DNA of 64,000 nucleotides, taken from Eledone cirrhosa. Taxonomy: Eukaryota. Positions 52,725 to 64,000 of this stretch are shown here, one piece after another. The stretch covers positions 11,284,001 through 11,348,000 of the forward strand of contig OZ024746.1 in NCBI GenBank assembly GCA_964016885.1, in the 5' to 3' direction. The notes below the pieces were generated by a model, which saw only the letters and a list, made by a program, of their open reading frames with translations, ran no database searches and was not told where the DNA came from. The stretch's first letter is position 1, and each line of letters starts with the position of its first letter. The position numbers were made by a program, and so were the translations under genes.

Positions 52725-53119
52725 TGTACGAATGCATATAATATGTATGTGGGTATGTGTGTGTATGTCTGTGGGTGTGCGCATGCGTGTGGCAATGTAT
52801 GTATGTACGTGTGTATGCATATATGTATGTACAAATGCATATATGACATGTTTGGGTGAATTTCCGTGTGTGCGAGAGAGAGTGAGCGAGAGAGTTAGAG
52901 TGAGAGAGAGAGAATGAGATAGAGAGAGATAGAGATAGAGAGATGTTCATAAATTTCAGGGAGAAATTATTGTATTAAATCTTGGTCTGTTGTGCCAGAG
53001 GAAATCTGTAAATCTAAAATTATAAACGCTACAAATGTGAAATATTTTACATAGTTTAAAACCTAAAAGTTGTATATTCAGTAAAATTTTCCTTCAATAT
53101 ATTATTATGATGTGTCTGC

Positions 53120-53288
53120 TCTTCTTCCTGTCAGAAGCAATCGTTTCCAACTGATCCAACTGGACCCCCAAGCGAGATCGGCCAAGTTCATGGATGTTAT
53201 CCAACCATATGAGTCGAGATCTACCCCTGGGTCTCCTGCTGGTTGGTTTTGCCCATAAAATCTGTCCAGCGATTCTTTCCTGAGAAAT
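53120..53288 (-). mobile_element. RTE-clade LINE fragment
   Basis: Closely similar to 48400-48560. Confidence 0.75.
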
Positions 53289-53376
53289 TTAATCGACTTT
53301 TCCCTCCCCTAACATCGTTGGCCTTGTGCCTAAATCAGATACCATTATTCTCTTTGTACACGTAATAACATAAAAG

Positions 53377-53425
53377 ATTACCTTTACGCGTTTCAGAGAT
53401 TATTGTGTCCTCATCAGAAGATAAC
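53377..53425 (-). ncRNA. Minimal type I hammerhead ribozyme motif
   Basis: Minus strand: guuaucuu CUGAUGA gga cacaauaauc ucu GAAA cgcGUA aagguaau. Core boxes are intact, stem I has 7-8 bp and stem III is the palindromic ACGCGU; stem II is weak. Confidence 0.6.
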
Positions 53426-53655
53426 TGCCCCTATGATTCTGCCTCCAGATGAATCACGTAGCTGTGGCTATTTATGCCAAACAACATAACTAAAATAACC
53501 TGCCTAATTTGCATTCGTTAATTAGATAATGAATAATTACGTAGAACACTTAGAAGATTTAAGATAAATTTTATATAGATATAACAACAGATTTTGAATT
53601 AGAAGCTTCTCTTATGAAAAGAATGATGTGTAAACATACTTTCTATTTTACAAAA

Positions 53656-53846
53656 TATTGTTTCTACTTTTGACACAAGGCCAGCAATTATCCCAGTGTA
53701 TTACTGGTACTTTATTTTATCGACCCCCTAAGGATGAAAGGCAAAGTTAACCTCGGCGGGATTTGAACTCAGACCATAAAGGGCCGTAACTCTTTGCTGC
53801 AAAGCATGGCGTCCGACCCTCTACCGATACTACCAATCCACCGCCA
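53656..53846 (-). mobile_element. SINE family A, full-length
   Basis: Reverse complement of the consensus. Confidence 0.9.
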
Positions 53847-55067
53847 TGTTCAAAATATAAAAACTGTTATATATTAGAATATTTATGATGAATCTATATT
53901 AGATTCATCATAAATATTCTCATATATGTTGTGTTCTCTATGATTACTGTCTTCTCTTTTCAATCTGAATTCAAAAGGCCCCAGTTTTCTACCAGACAAA
54001 TGTCAACCCCTATATCTTGAAAGTGTTCAATTTTGATACGGTGTTTTTTTTTATGGTGAACAAATTTAAGTGAGATTTTCTCTTGGATATAACTTTGATG
54101 TGTTGACTTCTAATATGTAATTAATCGAAAACATTAAATTAATCGATGTTCGAATATTCTATTTCATCGGAAATATACCCAAAGAAATTTTATAAATCCG
54201 TTAGTTTTATTTTGTTTTTATTTTTTTTTTTTTTTTTTTTTATGATGAAATCTTGATTTATTAAAAATACATTTTTTTCATTACTTAATTTTGTTTTTAA
54301 CTTTTTTCTAATATTTCCATCTTTTTTAACTTTTGTTTGTAAAATATAGTTGACATAAAATAACATTTTTTTTTTTCAAATTGACAAAACTGACAAAACA
54401 AAAGAGAAAAGAAGAAAAGGGAGGAAATTTGGAAGGGGGAAAACTCTACACATTTGGCTAGACGCTGTATCTCCGCCGTGCCCCGGACACAGGAGGGTGA
54501 AAACATTACCACGGAGAGCAGCTAAAGATATCAGTTATTACATTTGGCGGGACTCCTTCCTCATTTGACAGAGATGCTCTCTTCCTCATTTGACAGAGAG
54601 AGAGAAAAAAAAACGGAAATCCGGGGACCTGTAAAAACGGAAATCAATGAAAACCTGTACAAAAAAAAGGAAACGGTCAATCAATGTACGGTGTTTAGTG
54701 AACATTCCGTTACTATTTCCTATTTCCTCAGCTAATATAATCTAGTATGTGTCAGTAGATATAATATATCGTACTATCTGGTCGAGACCAGAGTAGAGTG
54801 GATTAAACATAATTGTGTGAGGTATTAATTGTTTCTACTTTGTCACCAGGCCAGCAATTTGAAGGGGAAAGGGAAAGTCGATTAAATCGACTCCAGTGCG
54901 TTACAGGCAGGGGTCTCGTTTACCTTTATAATGTGAGGGGGACAAACCAACATTTTTTTATTCTTAAATTGCTTATGGTGCCTTTCCCGGACCCTATCAC
55001 ATAAGTGAAATTTTATATATTCAAATAAAGTTCAGATATAAAAAAAATAAGCTTAAAAAGAATTTAT

Positions 55068-56552
55068 TAGGGTGGTGAATTGGCAGTACCGGTAGAGGGT
55101 TGGATGCCATGCTAGGGTGGTGAATTGGCAGTACCGGTAGAGGGTTGGATGCCATGCTAGGGTGGTGAATTGGCAGTACCGGTAGAGGGTTGGATGCCAT
55201 GCTAGGGTGGTGAATTGGCAGTATCAGTAGAGGGTTGGATGCCATGCTAGGGTGGTGAATTGGCAGTATGAGTAGAGGGTTGGATGCCATGCTAGGGTGG
55301 TGAATTGGCAGTACCGGTAGAGGGTTGGATGCCATGCTAGGGTGGTGAATTGGCAGTATCGGTAGAGGGTTGGATGCCATGCTAGGGTGGTGAATTGGCA
55401 GTACCGGTAGAGGGTTGGATGCCGTGCTAGGGTGGTGAATTGGCAGTATGAGTAGAGGGTTGGATGCCATGCTAGGGTGGTGAATTGGCAGTATGAGTAG
55501 AGGGTTGGATGCCATGCTAGGGTGGTGAATTGGCAGTATGAGTAGAGGGTTGGATGCCATGCTAGGGTGGTGAATTGGCAGTATCAGTAGAGGGTTGGAT
55601 GCCATGCTAGGGTGGTGAATTGGCAGTATGAGTAGAGGGTTGGATGCCATGCTAGGGTGGTGAATTGGCAGTACCGGTAGAGGGTTGGATGCCATGCTAG
55701 GGTGGTGAATTGGCAGTACCGGTAGAGGGTTGGATGCCATGCTAGGGTGGTGAATTGGCAGTACCGGTAGAGGGTTGGATGCCATGCTAGGGTGGTGAAT
55801 TGGCAGTATGAGTAGAGGGTTGGATGCCATGCTAGGGTGGTGAATTGGCAGTATCAGTAGAGGGTTGGATGCCATGCTAGGGTGGTGAATTGGCAGTATG
55901 AGTAGAGGGTTGGATGCCATGCTAGGGTGGTGAATTGGCAGTATGAGTAGAGGGTTGGATGCCATGCTAGGGTGGTGAATTGGCAGTATGAGTAGAGGGT
56001 TGGATGCCATGCTAGGGTGGTGAATTGGCAGTATGAGTAGAGGGTTGGATGCCATGCTAGGGTGGTGAATTGGCAGTATCAGTAGAGGGTTGGATGCCAT
56101 GCTAGGGTGGTGAATTGGCAGTATGAGTAGAGGGTTGGATGCCATGCTAGGGTGGTGAATTGGCAGTACCGGTAGAGGGTTGGATGCCATGCTAGGGTGG
56201 TGAATTGGCAGTATGAGTAGAGGGTTGGATGCCATGCTAGGGTGGTGAATTGGCAGTATGAGTAGAGGGTTGGATGCCATGCTAGGGTGGTGAATTGGCA
56301 GTATCAGTAGAGGGTTGGATGCCATGCTAGGGTGGTGAATTGGCAGTATGAGTAGAGGGTTGGATGCCATGCTAGGGTGGTGAATTGGCAGTACCGGTAG
56401 AGGGTTGGATGCCATGCTAGGGTGGTGAATTGGCAGTATCAGTAGAGGGTTGGACGCCATGCTAGGGTGGTGAATTGGCAGTATAGTAGAGGGTTGGATG
56501 CCATGCTAGGGTGGTGAATTGGCAGTATTAGTAGAGGGTTGGATGCCATGCT
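55068..56552 (+). repeat. 45-bp tandem array x33 derived from the SINE family A 5' head
   Basis: Unit tagggtggtgaattggcagta(ccg/tcg/tca/tga)gtagagggttggatgccatgc; runs directly into the SINE body at 56553-56700. Confidence 0.97.
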
Positions 56553-56700
56553 CTCCAGCATAGTTACGTCCCTTTACGGTCTCAGTTCAAATTCCGTCGA
56601 GGCGAACTTTGCCTTTCATCCTTATGGGGTCGATATAATAAAGTATCAGTAATGTACTGGGTAATTGCTGGCTTTGTGCCAAAAGTAGAAACAATTATTA
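56553..56700 (+). mobile_element. SINE family A body (B box, core, tail) following the head array
   Basis: agttcaaattcc, gcctttcatccttatggggtcgat, tgtgccaaaagtagaaacaatt. Confidence 0.9.
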
Positions 56701-56703
56701 TTA

Positions 56704-56768
<65 letters not shown>

Positions 56769-57419
56769 ATTTTTTAAGTAGAAACAACTATATCAAATAA
56801 ACAAAAAATAAAATATAGACGTTTGAAAAGGTGGGGGGGGGGGCTTGTCCCATGGTACCCCCTTGAAACAAGGCCCTTGGTTACAGGTACTTTATTTTAT
56901 CGACCCCGAAGGATGACAGGTAAAGTTAACCTCGGCAGGATTTGAACTCAGTACGTAACAGGGGCGGTGGAACTGGGGGAGTCTGGGGCGCAGCATAATT
57001 ATAAAGTGATTATAGCAAAATGACCTATGAAATTTGTCTCTGAATACACATACTAGCAATTGGCAGAGAGTGATATGTGGAAAAAAAGTTATGACATGAC
57101 AAAAACATTTGCTATGAACGTTAACATGATATATTACACTGTTATCAAATATCAACTAAGACATAAAAACTTCGATATGCAATAAACATAACATGTACAT
57201 AAATTGTAGCATATATACAAATATTTATGTTTTGCTAGTTTGGAGAGGAAAATATAATATATGGGGGGTGGAGTACGTGTGTGTGTTTGTGTGTTAACAA
57301 TGAAAGAATAAGAAAAAGGAAAACCAAGGTTAACCGGTGGCTAGTATCAGCAATGGAAAAACAAATGGAAACATTGTTTCCTTGGTCCAATTTGATGAGT
57401 TCCACCCCACTCGGGAAAC

Positions 57420-57783
57420 CAATGAGGCCTGGGATCTTATCAATGAGGCCTAGGTTCTTATCGATGAGGCCTGGGGGTCTTATCAATGAGCCCTGGGATC
57501 CTATCGATGAGGCCTAGGGTCTTATAAATGAGGCCCGGGGTCTTATCGATGAGGCCTGGGGGTCTTATCAATGAGGCTTGGGGTCTTATCAATGAGGCTT
57601 GGGATCCTATCAATGAAGCCTGGGATCTTATCGATGAGGCCTGGGGGTCTTATAAATGAGGCCTGGGATCTTATCAATGAGGCCTGGGATCTTATCAATG
57701 AGGCCTGGGGTCTTATCGATCAGGCCTGGGATCTTATCAATCAGGCCTGGGATATTATCGATGAGGCCTGGCATCTTATCGAT
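57420..57783. repeat. Degenerate 20-22-bp minisatellite, ~17 copies
   Basis: Unit atc(a/g)atgaggcctggg(at/gt)ctt. Confidence 0.9.
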
Positions 57784-57895
57784 TTAATTACTGCTAATTA
57801 GTGATTTTTATTTCGGATGCATTTTATGTTACGTTTTATCAGTTTTTCATTATGTGTTCGTCTCTATCGTTATGTTTCTGTATTTGGTTCTTATG

Positions 57896-58065
57896 CAGGT
57901 AAAATTCCGTTATAATGAATTTTTCAGTATAACGAAAAGTTTTCTATCCCCGAGCTAATAACAAACAAACGCTCGATTTGTTTCCGTCGATCTCGTTATA
58001 AAGAATTTATCGTTACAACGAATTTTTTTATACCCCGTGAATTTCGTTATAATGGAATTTCACTG
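57896..58065. mobile_element. pogo/Tigger-like MITE
   Basis: Imperfect TIRs caggtaaaattccgttataatgaa / ttcgttataatggaatttcactg-TA with internal gttata/tataacgaa repeats. Confidence 0.55.
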
Positions 58066-58199
58066 TAGTATACTTTTTACGTAATTAGTGTATTTTAATA
58101 GCTATTTTTTTCTGAAGTACAGGTAACATTGTAATTATGTCAGCATAACATTGTAATATGGTCAGCCTGTCTCTTTCAATATCCGCCATTTATTAATGT

Positions 58200-58540
58200 T
58201 TGCTCAGTAATATGGATATTGTCATCTACTGTTACTTTAGAGAGTCTAAATGTTCTCCTCAGTAATAGTTTCACTACTGATATTTTATAGCTGTGTGGAG
58301 ATTCCTTTCTTTCCATGTATGTCTCTTCTTCTGGGTGGTAGATTTGAGAACAGAGTTGCTTCCTAAGTCTTCATTCAATTCTTCAACATCTTTCAGTGGA
58401 ACTATTACAACGAATATATCTTCTACATATCTGGTGCATTTTACATGTTTGGGCTTTAGCACTCCCTTGTTTTCCATGAATGCTACAAGCGTGAGCCCTA
58501 CGGAAGAACCCTAGGTCACAAGTTTAATCATGGAAGCAAT
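58200..58540 (-). mobile_element. Degenerate Penelope-like RT fragment
   Basis: GSSVGLTL..FME...TRYVEDIFV...EELN...NSVLKSTT resembles the PLE GSPLGP.LA / RYVDDIF / I.FT.E motifs. Confidence 0.6.
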
Positions 58541-59293
58541 ACTTATATCTCAGTTTGGCGCCAAGATCAATATCCTGTATGATGCTAGCTATATTAGCAG
58601 CATACTTAGTTCATGAATACGTACGTTGCGAAGTGTGAATCTAACGGACAGGCTTTAAGATTCCAATCCCGGTATGAAAACCATATAATGATGGCGAATT
58701 AAGAAGACCTGCAAATAACTCCATAAAATACATATGCCTATAATAAAAGAGGCGGTAAACATAAACCAACAACACTACTGATAATGAGACCTTGAGGGTC
58801 TGGAAACGTTTATAAAACTATGGATTTATGAATTTTGTTTTTGCAAATGAACTGCGTGAAGACCTTATTAGAAAATATGAGTGGGTTCTAATAAAGAAAT
58901 GGAAACTGTGTTGTCTATACCAATAAATGATAAGTGTTTATGTGTGTGCGTGTGTCCACAAAGTAGGAAAAATTCTGGGGTAAAAATAGAGTAGGTATAT
59001 ATGCATTTAATGCTTCATTACAAATTGTACAAAGTATTACAGCTTTCGGATCTTGTAAAACATAAGTTGTCTAATTCGTAAGAAAAGGTTTAACAGTATA
59101 CTGTGAACTAGATGAGCAGTATATCAGAAAATAAGTAGTGGACCCTTGCCATCTATAACGACCGCAATAACATAGATACCATATAGGATTACTGGATATA
59201 TGCACAATCTAACAAACTGGAGAATTTGCGTTTTGGTAGATTAAAGTCTTACATAAAAAAAAAACCTATAGGTTATGTTGATTACTGACATGT

Positions 59294-59630
59294 GAAGGTG
59301 CATGGCTTAGTGGTTAGAGCATTGGGCTTGCAATTGAGAGGTTATGAGTTCGATTCTCAGACCGGGTGATGCGTTGTTTCCTTGAGCAAGACAGTTTATT
59401 TCACGTTGTTCCAGTTTCACTCAGCTGTAGAAATGAGTTGCGACGTCACTGGTGCCAAGCTGTATCGGCCATTGCCTTTCCCTTGGATAACACTGGTGGC
59501 GTGGAGAGGGGGAGGCTGGTATGCATGGGCGACTGCTGGTCTTTCAGAAAAAAACAAACCTTGCCCCGGCTTGTGCCTCGGAGGGAAACTTTCTAGGTGC
59601 AAAACCATGGTCATTCGTGACCGAGTGGGG
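59294..59630 (+). mobile_element. CORE-type tRNA-derived SINE, full-length
   Basis: A box tggcttagtgg, B box gagttcgattc, CORE-like ttgtttccttgagcaagacagtttatttcac, GC-rich 3' body. Confidence 0.8.
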
Positions 59631-59823
59631 CCAAAGCAAAGGATAGGATTTAAAATATGAATGATATTTCAATTATATTTCTAGGATATAATTACATAAA
59701 TGTTCAGCATGTATGTAGAAATGACATACAAGATTAAATGTAGGAGTAACTGGTGAAATAACTATTTATAGGACATTGTGATTGGAAAGCGAACTTATCG
59801 TATGACTGAGATAGAAGATGCAT

Positions 59824-60021
59824 TGTGAATGTGTGTGTGTGTGTGTGTGTGTGGTGCATGTGTGCGTGTGTGGTGCATGTGTGCGTGTGTGTGGTTCATA
59901 TGTGTGTGGTGCATGTGTGTGCGTGTGTGTGTGTGGTTCATATGTGTGTGGTGCATGTGTGTGCGCGTGTGTGTGTGGTGCATGTGTGTGTGGTTCATAT
60001 GTGTGTGGTGCATGTGTGCGC

Positions 60022-60063
<42 letters not shown>

Positions 60064-60108
60064 GTGTGTGGTTCATATGTGTGTGGTGCATGTGTGTGTG
60101 TGGTGTGT
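59824..60108. repeat. (TG)n-derived compound repeat (tggtgcatgtg / tggttcatatgtg units)
   Basis: Direct reading. Confidence 0.9.
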
Positions 60109-60194
60109 AAGTTTTAAAGAGTTAAGGACAGAGGTATATATAACTAGAAATGCAAGCACACCTGGGTATTATTAGGGTTGATATACATATATAG

Positions 60195-60375
60195 AATGGT
60201 TTCTACTATAGGAACGAGGCCAACAATTTGGGAAGCGTCGATTAAATCGACCCCAGTGTGTGACTGGTACTTTATTTTATCGACCCCGTAAGGATGAAAG
60301 GCAGAGCTTACCGCGGTGGGAATTAAACTCAGAATGGAAAGGGCCGTAACTATATACCGCAAAATGACACTGAGG
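60195..60375 (-). mobile_element. SINE family A-related copy
   Basis: ctggtactttattttatcgaccccgtaaggatgaaaggc core with tail. Confidence 0.75.
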
Positions 60376-60386
60376 TAAATGGCAGT

Positions 60387-61482
60387 TTATATATGGGTGT
60401 GTTCGAGTGTGTGTAGGGGCGTGGGCACATATATATGGGTGTGTAGGAGTGTGTGTAGAGGCGTGGGCACATATATATATGGGTGTGTAGGTCTGTGTGT
60501 AGGGGCGTGGGCACATATATATGGGTGTGTAGGTCTGTGTGTAGGGGCGTGGGCACATATGTATGGGTGTGTAGGTCTGTGTGTAGGGGCGTGGCCACAT
60601 ATGTATGGGTGTGTAGGTGTGAGTGTAGGGGCGTGGGCACATATATATGGGTGTGTAGGTGTGAGTGTAGGGGCGTGGCCACATATATATGGGTGTGTAG
60701 GAGTGTGTGTAGGGGCGTGGGCACATATATATGGGTGTGTAGGTCTGTGTGTAGGGGCGTGGGCACATATGTATGGGTGTGGAGGAGTGTGTGTAGGGGC
60801 GTGGCCACATATGTATGGGTGTGTAGGTGTGAGTGTAGGGGCGTGGGCACATATATATGGGTGTGTAGGTGTGAGTGTAGGGGCGTGGCCACATATATAT
60901 GGGTGTGTAGGAGTGTGTGTAGGGGCGTGACACATATATATGGGTGTGTAGGTGTGAGTGTAGGGCGTGGGCACATATGTATGGGTGTGTAGGTGTGTGG
61001 GCACATATGTATGGGTGTGTAGGTGTGAGTGTAGGTGTGTGGGCACATATGTATGGGTGTGAGAATTGTGAGTGTAGGTGTGTGGGCACATATGTATGGG
61101 TGTGTAGGTGTGAATGTAGGTGTGTGGGCACATATGTATGGGTGTGTAGGTGTGAGTGTAGGTGTGTGGGCACATATGTATGGGTGTGTAAGTGTGAGTG
61201 GAGGTGTGTGGGCACATATGTATGGGTGTGTAGGTGTGAGTGGAGGTGTGTGGGCACATATGTATGGGTGTGTAGATGTGAGTGGAGGTGTGTGGGCACA
61301 TATGTATGGGTGTGTAGGTGTGAGTGTAGGTGTGTGGGCACATATGTATGGGTGTGTAGGTGTGAGTGTAGGTGTGTGGGCACATATGTATGGGTGTGTA
61401 GGTGTGAGTGGAGATGTGTGGGCACATATGTATGGGTGTGTAGGTGTGAGTGGAGGTGTGTGGGCAAATATGTATGGGTGTG
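60387..61482. repeat. 42-bp G/T-rich minisatellite, ~26 copies, two variant domains
   Basis: Unit gtgggcacatatgtatgggtgtgtaggtgtgagtgtagg(ggc/tgt). Confidence 0.93.
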
Positions 61483-61531
61483 AAAAATACAGTGAAAAGG
61501 AGAGAGAATTGATAAGAGGGTGGGTGAGAAA

Positions 61532-61581
<50 letters not shown>

Positions 61582-62419
61582 CAAACAGACTGACAGAAAA
61601 AAATTCACAATAATTTCGGAGACGCAATAATATTAATGCCTTAAATTAATAAGAGAGTTGGTGGGAAAGTAAGAGAGAGAGGGGGGTGGGGGAGAGGGGG
61701 GGGGGGACAAACAAACAATCAAACGGACTGACAGAAAAAGTAACAATAATTTCAGAGACGCAATAATATTAAGGCATTAATTTAAATTGTCTCCAATACA
61801 AGACAGACTGGTTTGTTGGAGAATAAACCAAAGCAATCTTGTAGACAGAGTTTAATAAGATAAATATATAACAACTACGTTTTTTTTGTGTGGAAATGGA
61901 GCTACATACAACTGTTATATAGAAGAAGAAGAAAAAGAAAAAGAAAAAGAAAAAGAAAAAGAAAAAGAAAAAGAAGTTTTTAATGTTCACTGCATGAGTG
62001 TTACTGTTTCGGTTGATATTCCTTACGGGTGAATGGACGGAGATTATTTATGATAATTGTTCTGATGCTATGTCGGTACAATGGCAATTACGTAATATGG
62101 TGATGATAGTCGCTTCAGAGTTGAAACTACGTAAGACGACGGCTGCAGCCTGATAACGTCCGTCGCCCGCCTTCCAATAATTGGTGTAGGTTTGGTTGTT
62201 GTTATACTGGAAGTGTTTGGGTATTGCTTTGAAGGATGTTATCATTTTTACTCTATGTCCGGTGTGGTAATTATCTGGTGATTAAGATTCGGTGCAAGTT
62301 TATAGATCACGTTTAGCTAAGTTCGTGGATAGCCGTGGTTTATGGTCGATTTGTTTGCGTTTAAGTTAAGGCAATAAACAGCCATTGTTATATATGTGGG
62401 AGAGGGTCTGTCTGTTTGT

Positions 62420-62922
62420 CTCTGTATGTATGCATATACGTGTGTGTGTATATCTATGTATGTATATATGTATGTATATATGTATGTGTGTATCTATGTA
62501 TGTATATATATGTATATATGTATGTGTGTATCTATGTATGTATATATGTATGTATGTGTGTATCTATGTATGTATATATGTATGTATGTGTGTATGTGTG
62601 TGTGTCTATGTATGTATATATATGTATATATGTATGTATGTACGTACGTACGTATGTATATATGTCTGTATATGTATGTTTGTGTATTATGTATATATGT
62701 ATGTCTGTGTATGTATGCATGCATGTATGTATGTATGCATGTATGAGTGTATGTATGTATGTATATATGTACGTATGTATGTACGTATGAATATGTACAT
62801 GTGTGCATGTATGTATGTATGCATGTATGCATATATGAGTGCATGTATGTATGTATGTATGTATGTATGTATGTATGTATGTATGTATGTATGTATGTAT
62901 GTATGTATGTATGTATGTATAT
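62420..62922. repeat. Degenerate (TATG)n microsatellite
   Basis: Direct reading. Confidence 0.93.
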
Positions 62923-63849
62923 AGGTATATCCGGGAGAGATGACCCTTTAGCCTTTGTCAAGGCAGAATTCTAGGAGAAGGAAAACTCTGATATAACACC
63001 TGCAACCCTGATGGTATCCAATGATGTTGACTTGTTCTTCTTTTTGATAAATATCATCTTGGTTAAGAGAATGGGACTGGCTTTGTGCAGTGCCTTTGCT
63101 CACTATAAAAGCTTCACGAAACAGGCATTGCTTTATATCTGGAGATCTCTCTGCACTTGTAATCACATGGTACCATGGGCCCAGCACTATGTGTCAGTAA
63201 TTATCACAAGTGTAGTGCTTGTACCAGAATTTAAGTCGCTGGCTGGACTAAAAAGTCACACTCGTTCAGCGCATCGGTAGGGGTTCTCCTACATGGATAT
63301 AAAGTAGTGGCCGTACTCGAAAACGAGTTGGCAGCCACCATATATGTATGTATGTATGTATGTATGTGTGCATGTGTGCATGTATGTGTCTATTGACAAT
63401 CATTCAGATAAAAGCCCAATACTGTTTAATTGTTGTAACAATCAGACTGCGGATGTTTTCAATAAAAGAAAAACTTTTCTATATGTGTGCAGTCAAACAA
63501 CTTGTCTTACACAGCAATTTATATAAAATATCTTATAAATGACCTTCACGGCACTATGTGATATAACAATATGTATTGGGTACATATGTGTACCTGTTAG
63601 TTGTTCACCTGTTTTGGTCTGTGGATATATATACGTAGATATGTGAAAGTGTGTCAAATTAGGCTGTGAGTGCTACTGGTAACATTTAATTCAGAGTTAC
63701 CCATCACATCTTCGAGCCATCGGCGACTAAACCGGCAGCCATACCAAGTATGCTTGATCAGAATTGCATTTTTTTTACTCCATGCAGGATGAAAAACAAA
63801 GCTTGTCAAAGGGTGAGTGAAATGAGAAAATCGAACGGCCATCCAATAA

Positions 63850-63924
<75 letters not shown>

Positions 63925-64000
63925 GCATATATGTAAATGCTTCTAATCTCTGGCAACCTTACTAAGAGATTGTGTTCATGTAGTGAAGGTTTTCTAGGGT

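Larger units (their letters stand above)
54908..56879. mobile_element. hAT-like MITE carrying the SINE-head array
   Basis: Perfect 8-bp TSD gttacagg (54900-54907, 56880-56887); TIRs caggggtctcgttt / aaacaaggcccttg (11/14). Confidence 0.75.
54828..56955 (-). mobile_element. Older SINE split by a nested insertion (tail 54828-54907, core/B box 56880-56955)
   Basis: The halves join seamlessly as ccagtgc-gttacagg-tactttattttatcgacccc. Confidence 0.75.

Noticed and set aside
55068-56552. CRISPR-like array, or the 479-aa ORF (MASNPLLILPIHHPS)n
   Set aside because: No unique spacers and no cas genes. The unit is a SINE head, and the ORF arises from a stop-free 45-bp period.
58776-58812. Hammerhead-like ctgataatgagacc-ttgag-ggtct-ggaaacg near the Penelope RT relic
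   Set aside because: Core is non-canonical and stems I/III cannot be formed; at best a decayed pLTR.
61495-61775. Diverged ~150-bp tandem duplication (gactgacagaaaaa...gagacgcaataatatt)
   Set aside because: Real, but an ordinary local duplication around a (GA)n tract with no sign of function.
59795-62974. Many long His/Thr/Tyr/Cys/Val-rich ORFs (also 51775-52950, 25509-25948)
   Set aside because: Translations of micro- and minisatellites.
62926-63340. GC-richer island between (TATG)n tracts, possibly a LINE 5'UTR relic
   Set aside because: No diagnostic protein motif, TIR or TSD that I can support.

Overview
AT-rich, repeat-dense eukaryotic DNA. The SINE families and microsatellite load suggest a coleoid cephalopod (Octopus-like); this is inference, not a database result. 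One host gene is supported: a minus-strand NHERF/EBP50 (Sip1-like) single-PDZ scaffold with three phase-compatible coding exons (39404-38984, 3839-3727, 1892-1260; 388 aa) and a ~35 kb first intron. The rest is mobile DNA and repeats. These include >15 copies of a tRNA-derived SINE, CORE-type SINEs, a young 5'-truncated Tx1/L1-clade LINE between (ATT)n tracts, and RTE, CR1, CRE-like and Penelope (GIY-YIG, RT) fragments. There are also several MITEs with readable TIRs/TSDs (hAT-, piggyBac-, Tc1/pogo-like), minisatellites and perfect palindromes. The most unusual structures are: (i) a SINE whose 45-bp A-box head is amplified 33x, nested in a hAT-like MITE that itself splits an older SINE, with the same 45-bp duplication in another SINE copy 40 kb away; (ii) a 61-bp piece of a CR1 ORF2 3' end amplified 28x between 10-bp inverted repeats; (iii) minimal hammerhead-ribozyme motifs. 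No CRISPR, rRNA or true tRNA genes are supported. Boundaries of degenerate repeats are approximate.
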